A stretch of DNA of 64,000 bases from Eledone cirrhosa (Eukaryota), in assembly GCA_964016885.1 (NCBI GenBank), contig OZ024740.1:350486001-350550000 (forward strand), in the 5' to 3' direction. Both the position numbers and the translations under genes were made by a program. Shown piece after piece: positions 1 to 10,859 of this stretch. The notes beneath the pieces are model-generated. The model saw only the letters and a program-made list of their open reading frames with translations, made no database searches and was not told the origin of the DNA. The first letter of the stretch is position 1, and each line of letters opens with the position of its first letter.

Positions 1-1112
1 GTTTGTTTCCTTATGATTCATGAAATTGTTATAGCATATGTATTACATGATCCTAAGATACAATAATTGATCTAAAACCTTAATTGTAACAATATTAACA
101 GTAACTTATTTATTCTATTATATTATATTGTGTTATGTATAAATGACTAATGTCGTCTTGAACTTTAGACAATATACTCTTTGTATATATTTGGACAAAT
201 GCATATATCAAATTTAATAATAACTTTTTAAAGTTTAATTTAGATGCTTTAGGGCATTATAATTGTTAATTTTAAATTTTTAAAGTTATAACTGTAATTA
301 TTTTCTAAATTATATAGTGAGAATTATTTTAGTATGGGAAAATAATATAAGATAATATAATTTAATATGGTTTAACTTCGTGTTGATGAAAATACTAAGT
401 TTATTTCTCATGTTTGAAAATACTTTAAATATGATTTTATAAATTAAATATGTTAGTATACTTTAATATTAATATAGACATTTATAAACTTTTATAGCCA
501 GAAATATTATACCTTTAGATTAATCCATTATTCTGAACTAACATAAGGAATTTGAAATTTAACGGTCAGCCGGATAAGTTTGGATATATATGGTGTATAA
601 ATAATTGTTAATATATTTCTTATTAATTGAGGACTCGAAATTAAACCCTCATATAATTACATCCAGATATATTTAATATGTAGATAGATGGATACTTCTA
701 GATAATTCAAAGATTCGAGTTTACTCTTTCACAAAGCTATACCCAAATGTATATTCATGTATTTATCTATGGTTTATACTATAAAAATTATTCCCATTTG
801 TCTCTCTATCCTTGATCAATTCTCTTTTGCTTTCTATACTTCTAGTAACTATATTTTTTCCTCATCTATTTTTCTCTGTCTTTCTTCTTTCTTTCTTCTT
901 TCTTCAATAATTTAAATTATTTGAATCTCTAACAGTTATGTAAATTGCTATTATGTATTTTTAAGCTTTCTCACACGCACCCTCTGTATTATATGTAAGT
1001 TTTTTCATGTCTCAATCTTAAGGTATATAAATATTGAGTCTTGTCATATCATATTCACTACCATGACTGAATCTTAACCATCTACTATGCCAGGGTATGT
1101 CATGCATCATCT

Positions 1113-1179
1113 TATTTTATCTGATGAGGACGTACTGTTGAAGATAGCTCAGTACCTCTGAAATATGTATAATAAAATA
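1113..1179 (+). ncRNA. Minimal type-I hammerhead ribozyme (PLE pLTR type)
   Basis: tattttat-CTGATGA-[gtactg...cagtac stem II]-GAAA-tatgta-TA-ataaaata. Stem I is a perfect 8 bp, stem III (ATATGTAT) is self-complementary with G:U, AATAAA overlaps the 3' end, and (TA)n follows at ~1320. Confidence 0.75.
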
Positions 1180-1400
1180 TACTTGATCACACGAATGTCT
1201 ATTTTTGTTAATATTTTGAATTAATATTAATAACTCCGGAAAACCATTTTTGTTGAGTGCTTCCAATCTATTGTAAAACTCATTCTTTGATTTATTCATT
1301 GAACCTTGTTTAACCTTTAAATATATATATATATATATGCGCAACATTTTTTAAATCAAACCTGAAGTATTAGAAATTTTATTTATGAAATGATGAATTA

Positions 1401-2293
1401 TACGAGGTGTGTCAGAAAATTTCCAGGACTGATGTCACAAAAGATTTATTTCAAACCCAAACTTCACACTAAGAGTTTTCTCATTCAAAGTAACCCCCCT
1501 GGTGGAGTCTAATGCACTTTTCCATCCTTTTCTGCCACGCTTGCATGCACTCCTGGAAGGATTCTTCCGGGATCCTCCGCAGTTCCGTCGTCACGGCCTT
1601 TTTGATGTCGTCCACGTCTTCAAAACGGGTCGCCTCCGGGTCGTACTCGAAGATCCATGACTCATCCCCGGTGATGACTGTCCCAAGCAAGTCTGGTTTG
1701 GTTTCAAGACGCTCGCGGATGTCCTGGCACACTTGCATGCGTCGACCCTTCTGGTCATCGTTCAGCAGTTTTGGCACCATCTTCGCGCAGACTTTCCGCA
1801 TGTCCAAATCTTCAGTGAGAATCTTCCAGACGCTGTACCGATTCATGCCCAGCTCATTTGCCATCAGTCGAACAGTCAGCCGACGATCGCTACGCACCAG
1901 CTGCCTGACGCGCTCAACGTTGACCTCAGTCCTGGTTGTTGAGGACCTTCCGCTCCTGGGGTCATATTGCAACAATCAAAAACACCTGAGCGTGACATCG
2001 TCTCATCTCCATACACTTGCTGCAGCAATCTCAGTGCTTCTGACGGAGTTTTCCCCAACCACACCAGAAACTTCAAGTTTGTTCGTTGCTCTGTGCTCAT
2101 TGCTTGACGACCTGAAACAGAGGACATGTATATAAAATTATGAAGAAAAAAGTTTGATCGCTGCAGAGAGCTAAGATTACAGTTACATACTCCATGGGGA
2201 TTACTTTGAAGGAGAAAACTCACAGTGTTAAGTTTGGGTTTGAAATAAATCTTTTGTGAAATCAGTCCTGGAACTTTTCTGACACACCACGTA
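1401..2293 (-). mobile_element. Tc1/mariner DNA transposon, internally deleted non-autonomous copy
   Basis: Imperfect ~105 bp TIRs (tacgaggtgtgtcagaaaa... / ...ttttctgacacaccacgta) flanked by TA at 1399-1400 and 2294-2295; transposase remnants inside. Confidence 0.93.
1481..2100 (-). pseudogene. Mariner transposase remnant (HTH plus first catalytic Asp)
   Basis: EQRTNLKFLVWLGKTPSEALRLLQQVYG, a frameshift, then RKVCAKMVPKLL...TGDESWIFEYDPE joined directly to C-terminal RFEDVDDIK...GGYFE. The second and third catalytic Asp regions are deleted. Confidence 0.88.
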
Positions 2294-2338
2294 TACTTAA
2301 AAAATACATGTTATAACCTTATAAAAACCGATGATTTC

Positions 2339-2490
2339 AAAGAAATATTGATTTCGCTTCAAGCATAGCTTTATATAGCCCCCCCCCCCCCCCCGCGGTG
2401 TTTGCAAAGCTACGGCTTCCTAAAACTGTATTTCTTTGGAGATACGAAATATTGTATAAAGCTATGCTTGAAGCGAAATCCTATTTCTTT
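2339..2490. repeat. ~36 bp inverted repeat enclosing a decayed hammerhead-like motif
   Basis: gatttcgcttcaagcatagctttata pairs with tataaagctatgcttgaagcgaaatc. The internal gtatttc-tttg-gagatac-GAAA-tattgta-TA-aagc recurs at ~2711-2770. Confidence 0.6.
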
Positions 2491-2775
2491 TTTATTATAA
2501 GTTGAGCTAACTTATGCAGCTTCATATGCAAATGAGATTAATCACCTCATTTACACAGACGAGAAAAGTATATATTCTCAGCTGTCTTCTAGTCCAGCAG
2601 TCGCAAGCGGTGGGAGGGACCGTCCTGACGAATGCCAGTTAAGCCTGAAATGCATAGACGGTTGTCCCCCTTGCTTCTGCTGGACATCACCAGAGGGCGT
2701 TAGCCCGTCTGTGTTTGCATAGCTATGGCTTCCTAAAACTATTTCTTTGGAGATACGAAATATATATATATGCAC

Positions 2776-3450
2776 GCGTCTCCCTCACCATCCTCCGGGA
2801 AAACGCTTTCTCTATTCTTCCCGCCGGGGCCGCGGGGTCCACGTTTTCTCACAGTAGTGGGAGAGGCTAAAAGAACTGAACCTCTACTCCTTGGAACGAA
2901 GACGGGAGAGATACGTATGATATACATGTGGAAAATCCTGGAGGGACTAGCACCAAACTTTGGCATTGGGAGCTGGACCAACCCCCGAACAGGACGTTAC
3001 TGTGTGGTGCCAAAGGTCCCGTCTTCCACATTCAGAATGATAAGGACAGATATTGCAATAGCCTAGGGTTCAAAGGCACTCAACTCTTCAATAAGCTGCC
3101 GAGGGATCTGAGATATATGCATGGTGTGGACGTGGATGTTTTCAAGAAACATCTCGACACATTGCTATCCTGGATCCCGGATGAGCCCACAGCAACGCAC
3201 GAGGGAAACCTAAGGGCAGCAGCAACGAACTTCCTCTTGCACCGGTGGCCAACCAATACAGGCTTGATATAAAATGTGTAGCAACAAGGGCGGTGCGCCA
3301 GCATGGCTTCAGCCGGATGGTTGGAACAGGTAAAAGACTAAAAGAGTAAAAGAGTAGTGAGAGATGGGAAGAGGAGAGCGGGAGAGATGGAGAGGTGACC
3401 GTTGGAGTTTGGTGTATATATGTACTATTTAGCCTTAATAAAATGAATAT
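2776..3450 (+). mobile_element. 3' fragment of a CRE-like LINE, split by a later insertion
   Basis: 2776-2864 (cgtctccctcaccatcctccggg...) and 3353-3415 are collinear with 58156-58300 of the CRE-like fragment. Confidence 0.7.
2865..3352 (+). mobile_element. 5'-truncated CR1/L2-group LINE 3' end
   Basis: Peptides IYMWKILEGLAPN...RTGRYC and QLFNKLP...VDVFKKHLDTLLSWIPDEP; (AAAAGAGT)n-like tail; 12 bp TSD agtagtgRgaga at 2853-2864 and 3353-3364. Confidence 0.78.
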
Positions 3451-4472
3451 TTAAACGCTACTTCGGTATTGAATATTCTTTCCTCTCAGCCGTCAACTAC
3501 ACACACACACACATATATATATATATTTATATATATTTGTGCGTGTGTGCATTGTGGTCCAAAGGAAAGACAAAGAGCTTTATGAATTAATGCTCGAAGC
3601 ATATGAAGAAATGAATCACCACCTACTCGTTAACTTTCATTTGTGTGGCTAACATTACACAGCAAAAGTTGAGAAATATAAACGTAAACAACGCGAAATC
3701 ACGCGAAATTTTGTTTTAGCAATCACTGCACCCTCCATCTTATCTAAATTCATTGTAATCTGATTTCTTTTATAGTCTACATCATATGGATAAAGCAATC
3801 TCTCAAAGTTTCTGTATTTTACATATTCTAATATTCTACCTTCACTGATATAATAGCCAGAATGTTTTTCTCTAGTTCATATAATATCATCGACTTTATT
3901 GTTTCTTTTACAGAACAGCTAGTGCATGATTACATCACTTTCTAATGTATTTTTATCTATATCTTTTGTTCTCGGATTCTAAGTAGCTGCACATTCTCTG
4001 TTATATTTCTATTGTATTTCCTACAAATTTTGTTTTTAACATTTTCTGATAGCAATAGTGCATCAATTTCCTTCTTCAGATAACGTTTCCTGAACCACAA
4101 CTAACCTTCTCTATCATATTTCTCTCTTACGGTTTCTTTGAAGAATATGGAATAAACAACTTGTTTTCGCTACTAGTTTCGAGTTTTTCTTTCGTGTCTT
4201 CAGAATTTCCAGATTTTGTATAGCATATTTCATATTTATGAACATATTTTCCTATACTATTTCAAAATCACATCTAATACTTTCCTTTCAATAAAATGTT
4301 AATGTATTAGTAGTATGTTCCAGTTATGAAATCTTTTCTTTGATTTCCATATTTTCTTCAAAATGTTGTTGTCTAGCCTCTAGTCAGCCCTAAACGAGAA
4401 AGCCAACTTTTATGTTCTTTTGTCGGTTTAGCTTTCAATTATCGGCTTGTAGTGATGCTGAGGTATCGAATT

Positions 4473-4581
<109 letters not shown>

Positions 4582-4585
4582 AAGA

Positions 4586-4676
4586 TTTCATACCTTATCG
4601 AGTGCTTGCCTGCACTTCTGATTGCATTCGTTGGCTTAGCTGTGGCTCGAGCTTCGACTATGCTGTACTTCCATTT
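4586..4676 (+). repeat. Unclassified interspersed repeat, second copy at ~9026-9093
   Basis: Both loci share ataccttatcg.gtgcttg.ctgcacttctgattgcattcgtt...cgactatgctgtacttccattt. Confidence 0.75.
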
Positions 4677-5059
4677 GTATTACTATCACCTAGACCTAAT
4701 GATTAATTGATTAATTTAATTAGACAATTCTATTGAGTGGTTAATTATTTATGTTTGTTTAATAACGATCTGGTTGAGTGCTTAATTCAGTTTGTGTACG
4801 GAACTTATTCCATTGCTCATAATTTGAATTTGACCGCCAAAAAACCGGGTGTTAGCTCCCTTTGGAGAAACATGTGCTCTCACAACCGGCCTGGCGTCTG
4901 AACGAAAGACTGTTGAGAAAGTAAATCCTCTGTTCGATCTTCCAGAACCAACAACTGGCACACACCGCAAGCGGATTTTGTAGATTTCGGATTTACAGAA
5001 ACCTAACTGAGATATTGCAAAATATCGAAGTGATGGTCTAGATGTGTTATATATATATA

Positions 5060-5495
5060 CTAGCAGAAGTACCCGGCGTTGCTCGGGTATTAAATACCAG
5101 TTATGTATACCATTTATGTCAATACTTCAGTGCTGCTTGGAAAATTATACTTTTACAAAATCATCGGCATTTTCCAAAAGGGGGTCCCTGCCCCCAGGGG
5201 TTCCCTACTCAATATGTGCCAATTCTGAAAGTTCACATTCATCTGTAGAACAAACGTAGCCCATGTGTCAAGTTTGTGAAAATCGGTTGCGAACTCCAGA
5301 AGTTATGACGTTTTGTTGCATTGCACTGCAGTGCTTCAGTCGACTCCAAGGAAGTGGTTAAAGGGGGTTACCTGCCGGGAGACCTTATAATCAATATCTG
5401 GAAAAATGAAAGTGCCCATGACCATCCGGAGTACATAAGTAACCTATGTATCAAGTTTGGTGAAAATACTGTAGAAATGCATAAGGTTTACACAC
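5060..5495 (-). mobile_element. Non-autonomous Helitron (3' end clear, 5' end lost)
   Basis: The minus strand ends in the hairpin cccgagcaacgccggg, then tacttctg-CTAG|T. Confidence 0.65.
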
Positions 5496-5603
5496 ACACG
5501 CGTGTGTGTGTATTTGTGTGTGCGTATGTATGTCTATGTCCGTCGGCGCATACGTATGTACTGGCCTAAATCTTCACTATTTACTTTTACTATTTTAAGG
5601 CAA

Positions 5604-5702
5604 AGTTAAAATCCCGTCGAGGTTAACTTTGCCTTTCATCCTTACGGGGTCGATAAAATAAAGTACCAGTAATGTACTTGTGCCTAAAGTAGAAACAACT
5701 AT
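5604..5702 (+). mobile_element. tRNA-derived SINE, partial
   Basis: Core gaggttaactttgcctttcatccttacggggtcgataaaataaagtaccagt. Confidence 0.85.
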
Positions 5703-6113
5703 TTTAATAACTTCTGTCATTTTCGTTTACAATTTTATTTACACCATTCTTAAACTCCGGGGCTGGAAATCATTCGGTTATTTTACATTTTTAAATAGAA
5801 TATTAGTCTAACGACTCCATTCACACCATAAACTTGGTCTTGTCTTTGCATGAAATTGTTCTTCTTTTCCGTTCATTACCAAGGAACGTCTTCACGAACC
5901 AAAATATCGTCTTCCTGTTTTCCTTCGGCTGCAATGTTTCTCGAAATATTTAATTCTGCGTCCACAGATAGAATTTATTAGTTTAAGATCCCGTTAATGT
6001 TGAAAACAGCGATTCTTTGCTTAAACTTTCTTTCTTTCTCAACCACTCTCTCTCACACTCATTCATACCCCCTCTCTCTCTTCTTCCTACAGAATGGAGA
6101 ACAATAAAGAACA

Positions 6114-6225
<112 letters not shown>

Positions 6226-6606
6226 AACCAGCGTTAGTCGCCATTCTCTCTCTCTCTCTCTCTATCTGATTATCTTCTACCTCTCTCTGTATAACGACCT
6301 ATCTCACTCTCTCTCTCTACATCTCCCTTTCTCTCTTTAGATGTATATGTATATATGTGTGTGTGATATATATATATATATAGAGAGAGAGATTTGCAAC
6401 ATGTATGTAGTTTCATAGATTGTTGAGGGTATAAACAGAGCATATAAATAAATTTACAGTAGAATAACATAACAAATATATTTTAAATATATACATAAAC
6501 TACAATATTGAAGAAAATGCAAAGGAAGGGGTGAACAACGGAGCCAACACCAGAGCAACGTCGCGAGTACTGGGCAACCTCTCTAATTTTGATACAAGCC
6601 AGCACA

Positions 6607-7057
6607 CTGGCAGCGTTGCCTCGGGTGATGACGAGGCTGATGCGCTGAAATATTGTTTTAAAAGACTTTTTAATGGAAATGAAGCAAAATAGAAGCTTAA
6701 TGTTGAAACTTCGAACTCATGAATTTTGCAGGTTAACATTTTGCTGGCCCGAAAACTGTTTGTGTATTTTTGTACGCGTAGTTTGTTCGATAAACAAATG
6801 ACGCCATAAAAGGGAAATAACTCGTCTCTCATCTCTATTTATACATTTGAACTTAAAAATCAATACATTACAAATTCGATTTTTGCACTTGGCGTGGGTC
6901 GATTTGAAAAATCTTTTGACCGATGTCTCCGCCGGACCTTCATCTATAAGTGTAGCAATTTCACCGAAATTTGAACGTACGGTTTAAGAGGAGATGTGTG
7001 CCAACGGTTTTAGTAGACAGACACACAGACAGACAACCTCAGTTTTATATATATAGA
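6607..7057 (-). mobile_element. Non-autonomous Helitron
   Basis: Minus 5' end TCtatatatataaaactgagg (same as the 50979 copy); 3' hairpin cctcg-tcatcacc-cgagg followed by CCAG|T (CTAG variant). Confidence 0.65.
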
Positions 7058-7600
7058 CTAGCAGAAACCACCCGGTGGGCGGTTTTCTTCTAGCAAATCT
7101 AGTGTATATACTGATATTGTTGAAATTTGGATGAGAAATGTTTTCGGCACCACATGTTCACCGTCTCTCGGTGTGTCTTTTATGCATGTATAAATATATA
7201 TGTTATCTATACGGTGAAATCTTTGAAATAAATATATGTTAAAACGAAAAAGGAGAAAAAGAGATTAGTAACGGAAATATAAATGTTATGATACATAAAC
7301 GTTATGATATAACGATGGAAATATATCTTCAAATGGTCCTTGGCATGGTGTCAAGTCAGAACCGCCTCGAACTGGTTACTTCTGGCTTGTGCAAGGTGTC
7401 TCTATAGCAACCAGCGATTCCCTCGGCCTCAGTGACCAACGTCAGTGGAGAGGGGAAGGTAATGTTTCTATAGCGACAGTGTTTCTCTTGGTAGTACCAA
7501 AGTGGAGAAAGTAAGGGGAAGGTAATATTTCTGTAGCACCTACATTTGAGTTTTAGGGAAGGACAGACAGACAGACAGACAAACAGAGAAATGCCCATAT
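7058..7600 (-). mobile_element. Probable second Helitron joined head-to-tail to the previous one
   Basis: CTAG directly abuts the TC 5' end at 7057; the (GACA)n tract near 7560-7585 resembles the subterminal tract of the other copies. Confidence 0.45.
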
Positions 7601-7941
7601 ATTTCTGTGTGTGTGTATATATATATATACATATATATTACACACACAGAAATGTATATATATTTCTGTGTGTGTATATATATATATATTACACACACAG
7701 AAACGTATATATATTTCTGTGTGTATATATATATATTTATATTACACACACAGAAATGTATATATATTTCTGTGTGTATATATATATATTTCTGTGTGTG
7801 TATATATATATATATTACACACACAGAAATGTATATATATTTATGTGTGTATATATATATATTACACACACAGAAATGTATATATATTTCTGTGTGTGTG
7901 TATATATATATATTACACACACAGAAATGTATATATATTTC
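7596..7941. repeat. Tandem array of ~50-60 bp palindromic units
   Basis: About 6 units of atatttctgtgtgtgt(at)n-tacacacacagaaatgtat; each unit is its own near reverse complement. Confidence 0.9.
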
Positions 7942-8060
7942 TTAGAACAAAATTATTATTAATGTTTTGCTGTTCATAACAATTGGAATTGAAAAATTAC
8001 TTTTGAAATTATTAGTTATTTTACTAATGCTTAGATATGTAAAAATGAATCAATGTTTCT

Positions 8061-8253
8061 AATAATTGTTTCTGCTTTTGGCACAAGGCCAGCAATTACC
8101 CAATTCATTACTGGTACTTTATTTTATCGACCCCATGAGAATGAAAGGCAAAGTTAACCTCGGCGGTATTTGAACTCAGACCGTAAAGGGACGTAACTCC
8201 ATACTATGAAGCATGGTGTCCGACTCTCTACAGATTCTGCCAATCCACCGCCC
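8061..8253 (-). mobile_element. tRNA-derived SINE (MetaSINE-like core)
   Basis: Minus strand: gggcggtggattggcag (A box) ... gagttcaaat (B box) ... gcctttcat...ggggtcgataaa ... ggccttgtgcc, then an (ATT)n tail. Confidence 0.9.
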
Positions 8254-8533
8254 TAATGTCTGTACGTAATGAGGGAGTGAGAGGGGAGAGAAAGAAAGGC
8301 AGAGGTGAAGTGACGAAGTGACTCTCTCCCCCTCCTCCTCCTGCATCTCCCCATTCGTCACAGCGATAGAGGGGAGGAACGTTAGTGTGTTACAAAGAGA
8401 AAGAGTGAGAGTGAAAGAAACAGACAGACTAAAAGAGAGAGATAGCTGGAGAGAGAGAGAGATAGCAACCACGCGCGCACGTGTTTCCACTGTCGGACTG
8501 ACAGACAGAGAAATTGGTGGTTATATATTATAA

Positions 8534-8588
<55 letters not shown>

Positions 8589-8774
8589 TAAACGGAATAG
8601 AAAATGGTGACGAATTGTTCACAGTTGAAAAATGGTTTAATTAGGAATAAAAGAGTATTAGTGATTGTATGGGTTAGTATTCAGTTGTGGTTTTAAGTTT
8701 TTAAGTTTTTACCGGTTGCGCATTTCTAAATGCTTTTCAAAAATAATTTTGAGAAAGAGTGTCCGTGCTGTTTG

Positions 8775-8775
<1 letters not shown>

Positions 8776-8816
<41 letters not shown>

Positions 8817-8819
8817 TTT

Positions 8820-8914
<95 letters not shown>
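8776..8914. repeat. (TA)n microsatellite (another at 8537-8585)
   Basis: Direct read. Confidence 0.97.
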
Positions 8915-9089
8915 GTATTTTTTCTCGCGAGTCAGTTCTTTCGTTGCTATGGTCCCCGCGGCTGAATTACCGGTCGCTATCTTCAATTTGCAAGCCCTTT
9001 AAACGGAATGTTATTACTCTTAGGTTTTATACCTTATCGTGTGCTTGGCTGCACTTCTGATTGCATTCGTTCGACTATGCTGTACTTCC

Positions 9090-9148
<59 letters not shown>

Positions 9149-9290
9149 ATTGTTGCAGTTACTATGGCAACGCAAGAGGACTCCAGTCCTCACGTTGACT
9201 TCTCTGTGCATAGCTGATATCTTGTCTCGCTATTAGGACGGCCTCCGTCACAAGTCCATCATCCGTAACTTTGCTGATTATCGATTTATG

Positions 9291-9475
9291 ATAATTGTTT
9301 CTACTTTTGGCACAAGGCCAGCTATTAACTAGTGCATTACTGGTACTTTATTTTATCGACCCCGTAATGATGAAAGGCAAAGTTAACCTTCACGGGATTT
9401 GAACTCAGACCGTAAAGGGACGTAACTATGCTGGAAAGCATGGCGTCTCCACCGATACTGCCAATCTACCGTCCT
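9291..9475 (-). mobile_element. tRNA-derived SINE
   Basis: Same family as 8061-8253. Confidence 0.9.
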
Positions 9476-9838
9476 TATCGATTTGGACACAAGACATTTT
9501 AAAATGGCGTAAACATACAATACAACAGGAGGAAACTGATGATGTTGCAAATCTGTAGAATTTCGGTCGGTCACAATTAGTGTGAGTGAGTACACACACA
9601 CTCACACACACCGACGCGAGGTCAGAGAAAATATTTGATGTTGAGATTAGACCTGTCCAACGTCTTTTACAGCCATTGACAGATAGAGACTTGATAGATT
9701 TATGACCCTGACTGAAGACGATAGCAGTTGGCGTGTTTTGGCTGCTGAATCTTCATATGGGGAACAAAACTCTAGTGAGAGAACATCGTTAGTTTTTCCT
9801 CCCTCATATCAAAGATTTGAAGACAATTCATTAATCAC

Positions 9839-9902
9839 CTGATGAGATCAGTGATAATCGATCATGACCACACGATCGATCTATCTCTTATTGAAACATG
9901 TA
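9839..9902 (+). ncRNA. Decayed hammerhead-like motif
   Basis: CTGATGA...atcgatc/gatcgat hairpin...GAAA-catg-TA (ACATGT palindrome). Stem I does not pair. AATAAA and (TA)n lie downstream. Confidence 0.4.
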
Positions 9903-10037
9903 TATATATATAGTATAACTGAACAAAAAAGAAAAACGAACACAGACATATATGTGTTCAAATCGTAATGGACCAGAATCGCTAAGGTGAATAAAATACT
10001 AACTACAGACAATAGTTTCTAACTCAATACATGCCTT

Positions 10038-10097
<60 letters not shown>

Positions 10098-10184
10098 ATA
10101 TATATGTATGTGTGTGTTTAGATTTATATATGAATATATGTATGTATGTTTTTTATGAGCATATATATATATATATAGAGAGAG

Positions 10185-10703
10185 AGAGAAAATTGAGGTT
10201 GGTAATGGCACATGGAATATATAAGAGACAGAATACTTTTTTGTGAAAAAACATATAATTTTATAAGGTAAGGAAATAATAAAGGGTATAAAAAATGACC
10301 GGTTTCGATGGGTCTGCAAAAGCCATCTTTTCAAATGTTGATTAATATTAAGAAAAATTAATAATAAGAAGAGTTAATATTTGAGATTTGAAAATTCAAG
10401 TATAGAATTCATTGTGGGATTTCATAGTAGTTTTCATCTTGTAGCAACTCGTTGAAAACTACTATGAAATCCCACAATGAATTCTATACTTGAATTTTCA
10501 AATCTCAAATTTTAACTCTTCTTATTATTAATTTTTCTTAATATTAATCAACATTTGAAAAGATGGCTTTTGCAGACCCATCGAAACCGGTCATTTTTTA
10601 TACCCTTTATTATTTCCTTACCTTATAAAATTATATGTTTTTTCACAAAAAGTATTCTGTCTCTTATATATTCCATGTGCCATTACCAACCTCAATTTTC
10701 TCT
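10185..10703. repeat. Near-perfect palindrome, ~250 bp arms, 16 nt spacer, between (TA)n tracts
   Basis: 10185-10436 is the reverse complement of 10453-10703 with only about 1-2 differences seen. Confidence 0.96.
10550..10597 (+). ncRNA. Minimal hammerhead ribozyme with U3:A8 core variant (mirror copy on the minus strand at ~10292-10339)
   Basis: aacat-TTGAAAA-gatgg...ccatc-GAAA-ccgg-TC-atttt. Stem III is the ACCGGT palindrome, the cleavage triplet is GUC, and stem I pairs 4/5. Confidence 0.6.
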
Positions 10704-10734
10704 ATAACCTTCGTTTTGTGTAGTAAATTACACT

Positions 10735-10829
<95 letters not shown>

Positions 10830-10859
10830 ATACATATATGTTACAGGTTGCATTAACAT

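Noticed and set aside
1512-2135. 207 aa plus-strand ORF
   Set aside because: Antisense shadow of the mariner transposase.
3780-4420. Degenerate minus-strand PLE
   Set aside because: Only faint motif hints; insufficient without TBLASTN.
7596-7941. CRISPR-like palindromic repeats
   Set aside because: The spacers are only (TA)n, there are no cas genes, and the context is eukaryotic.
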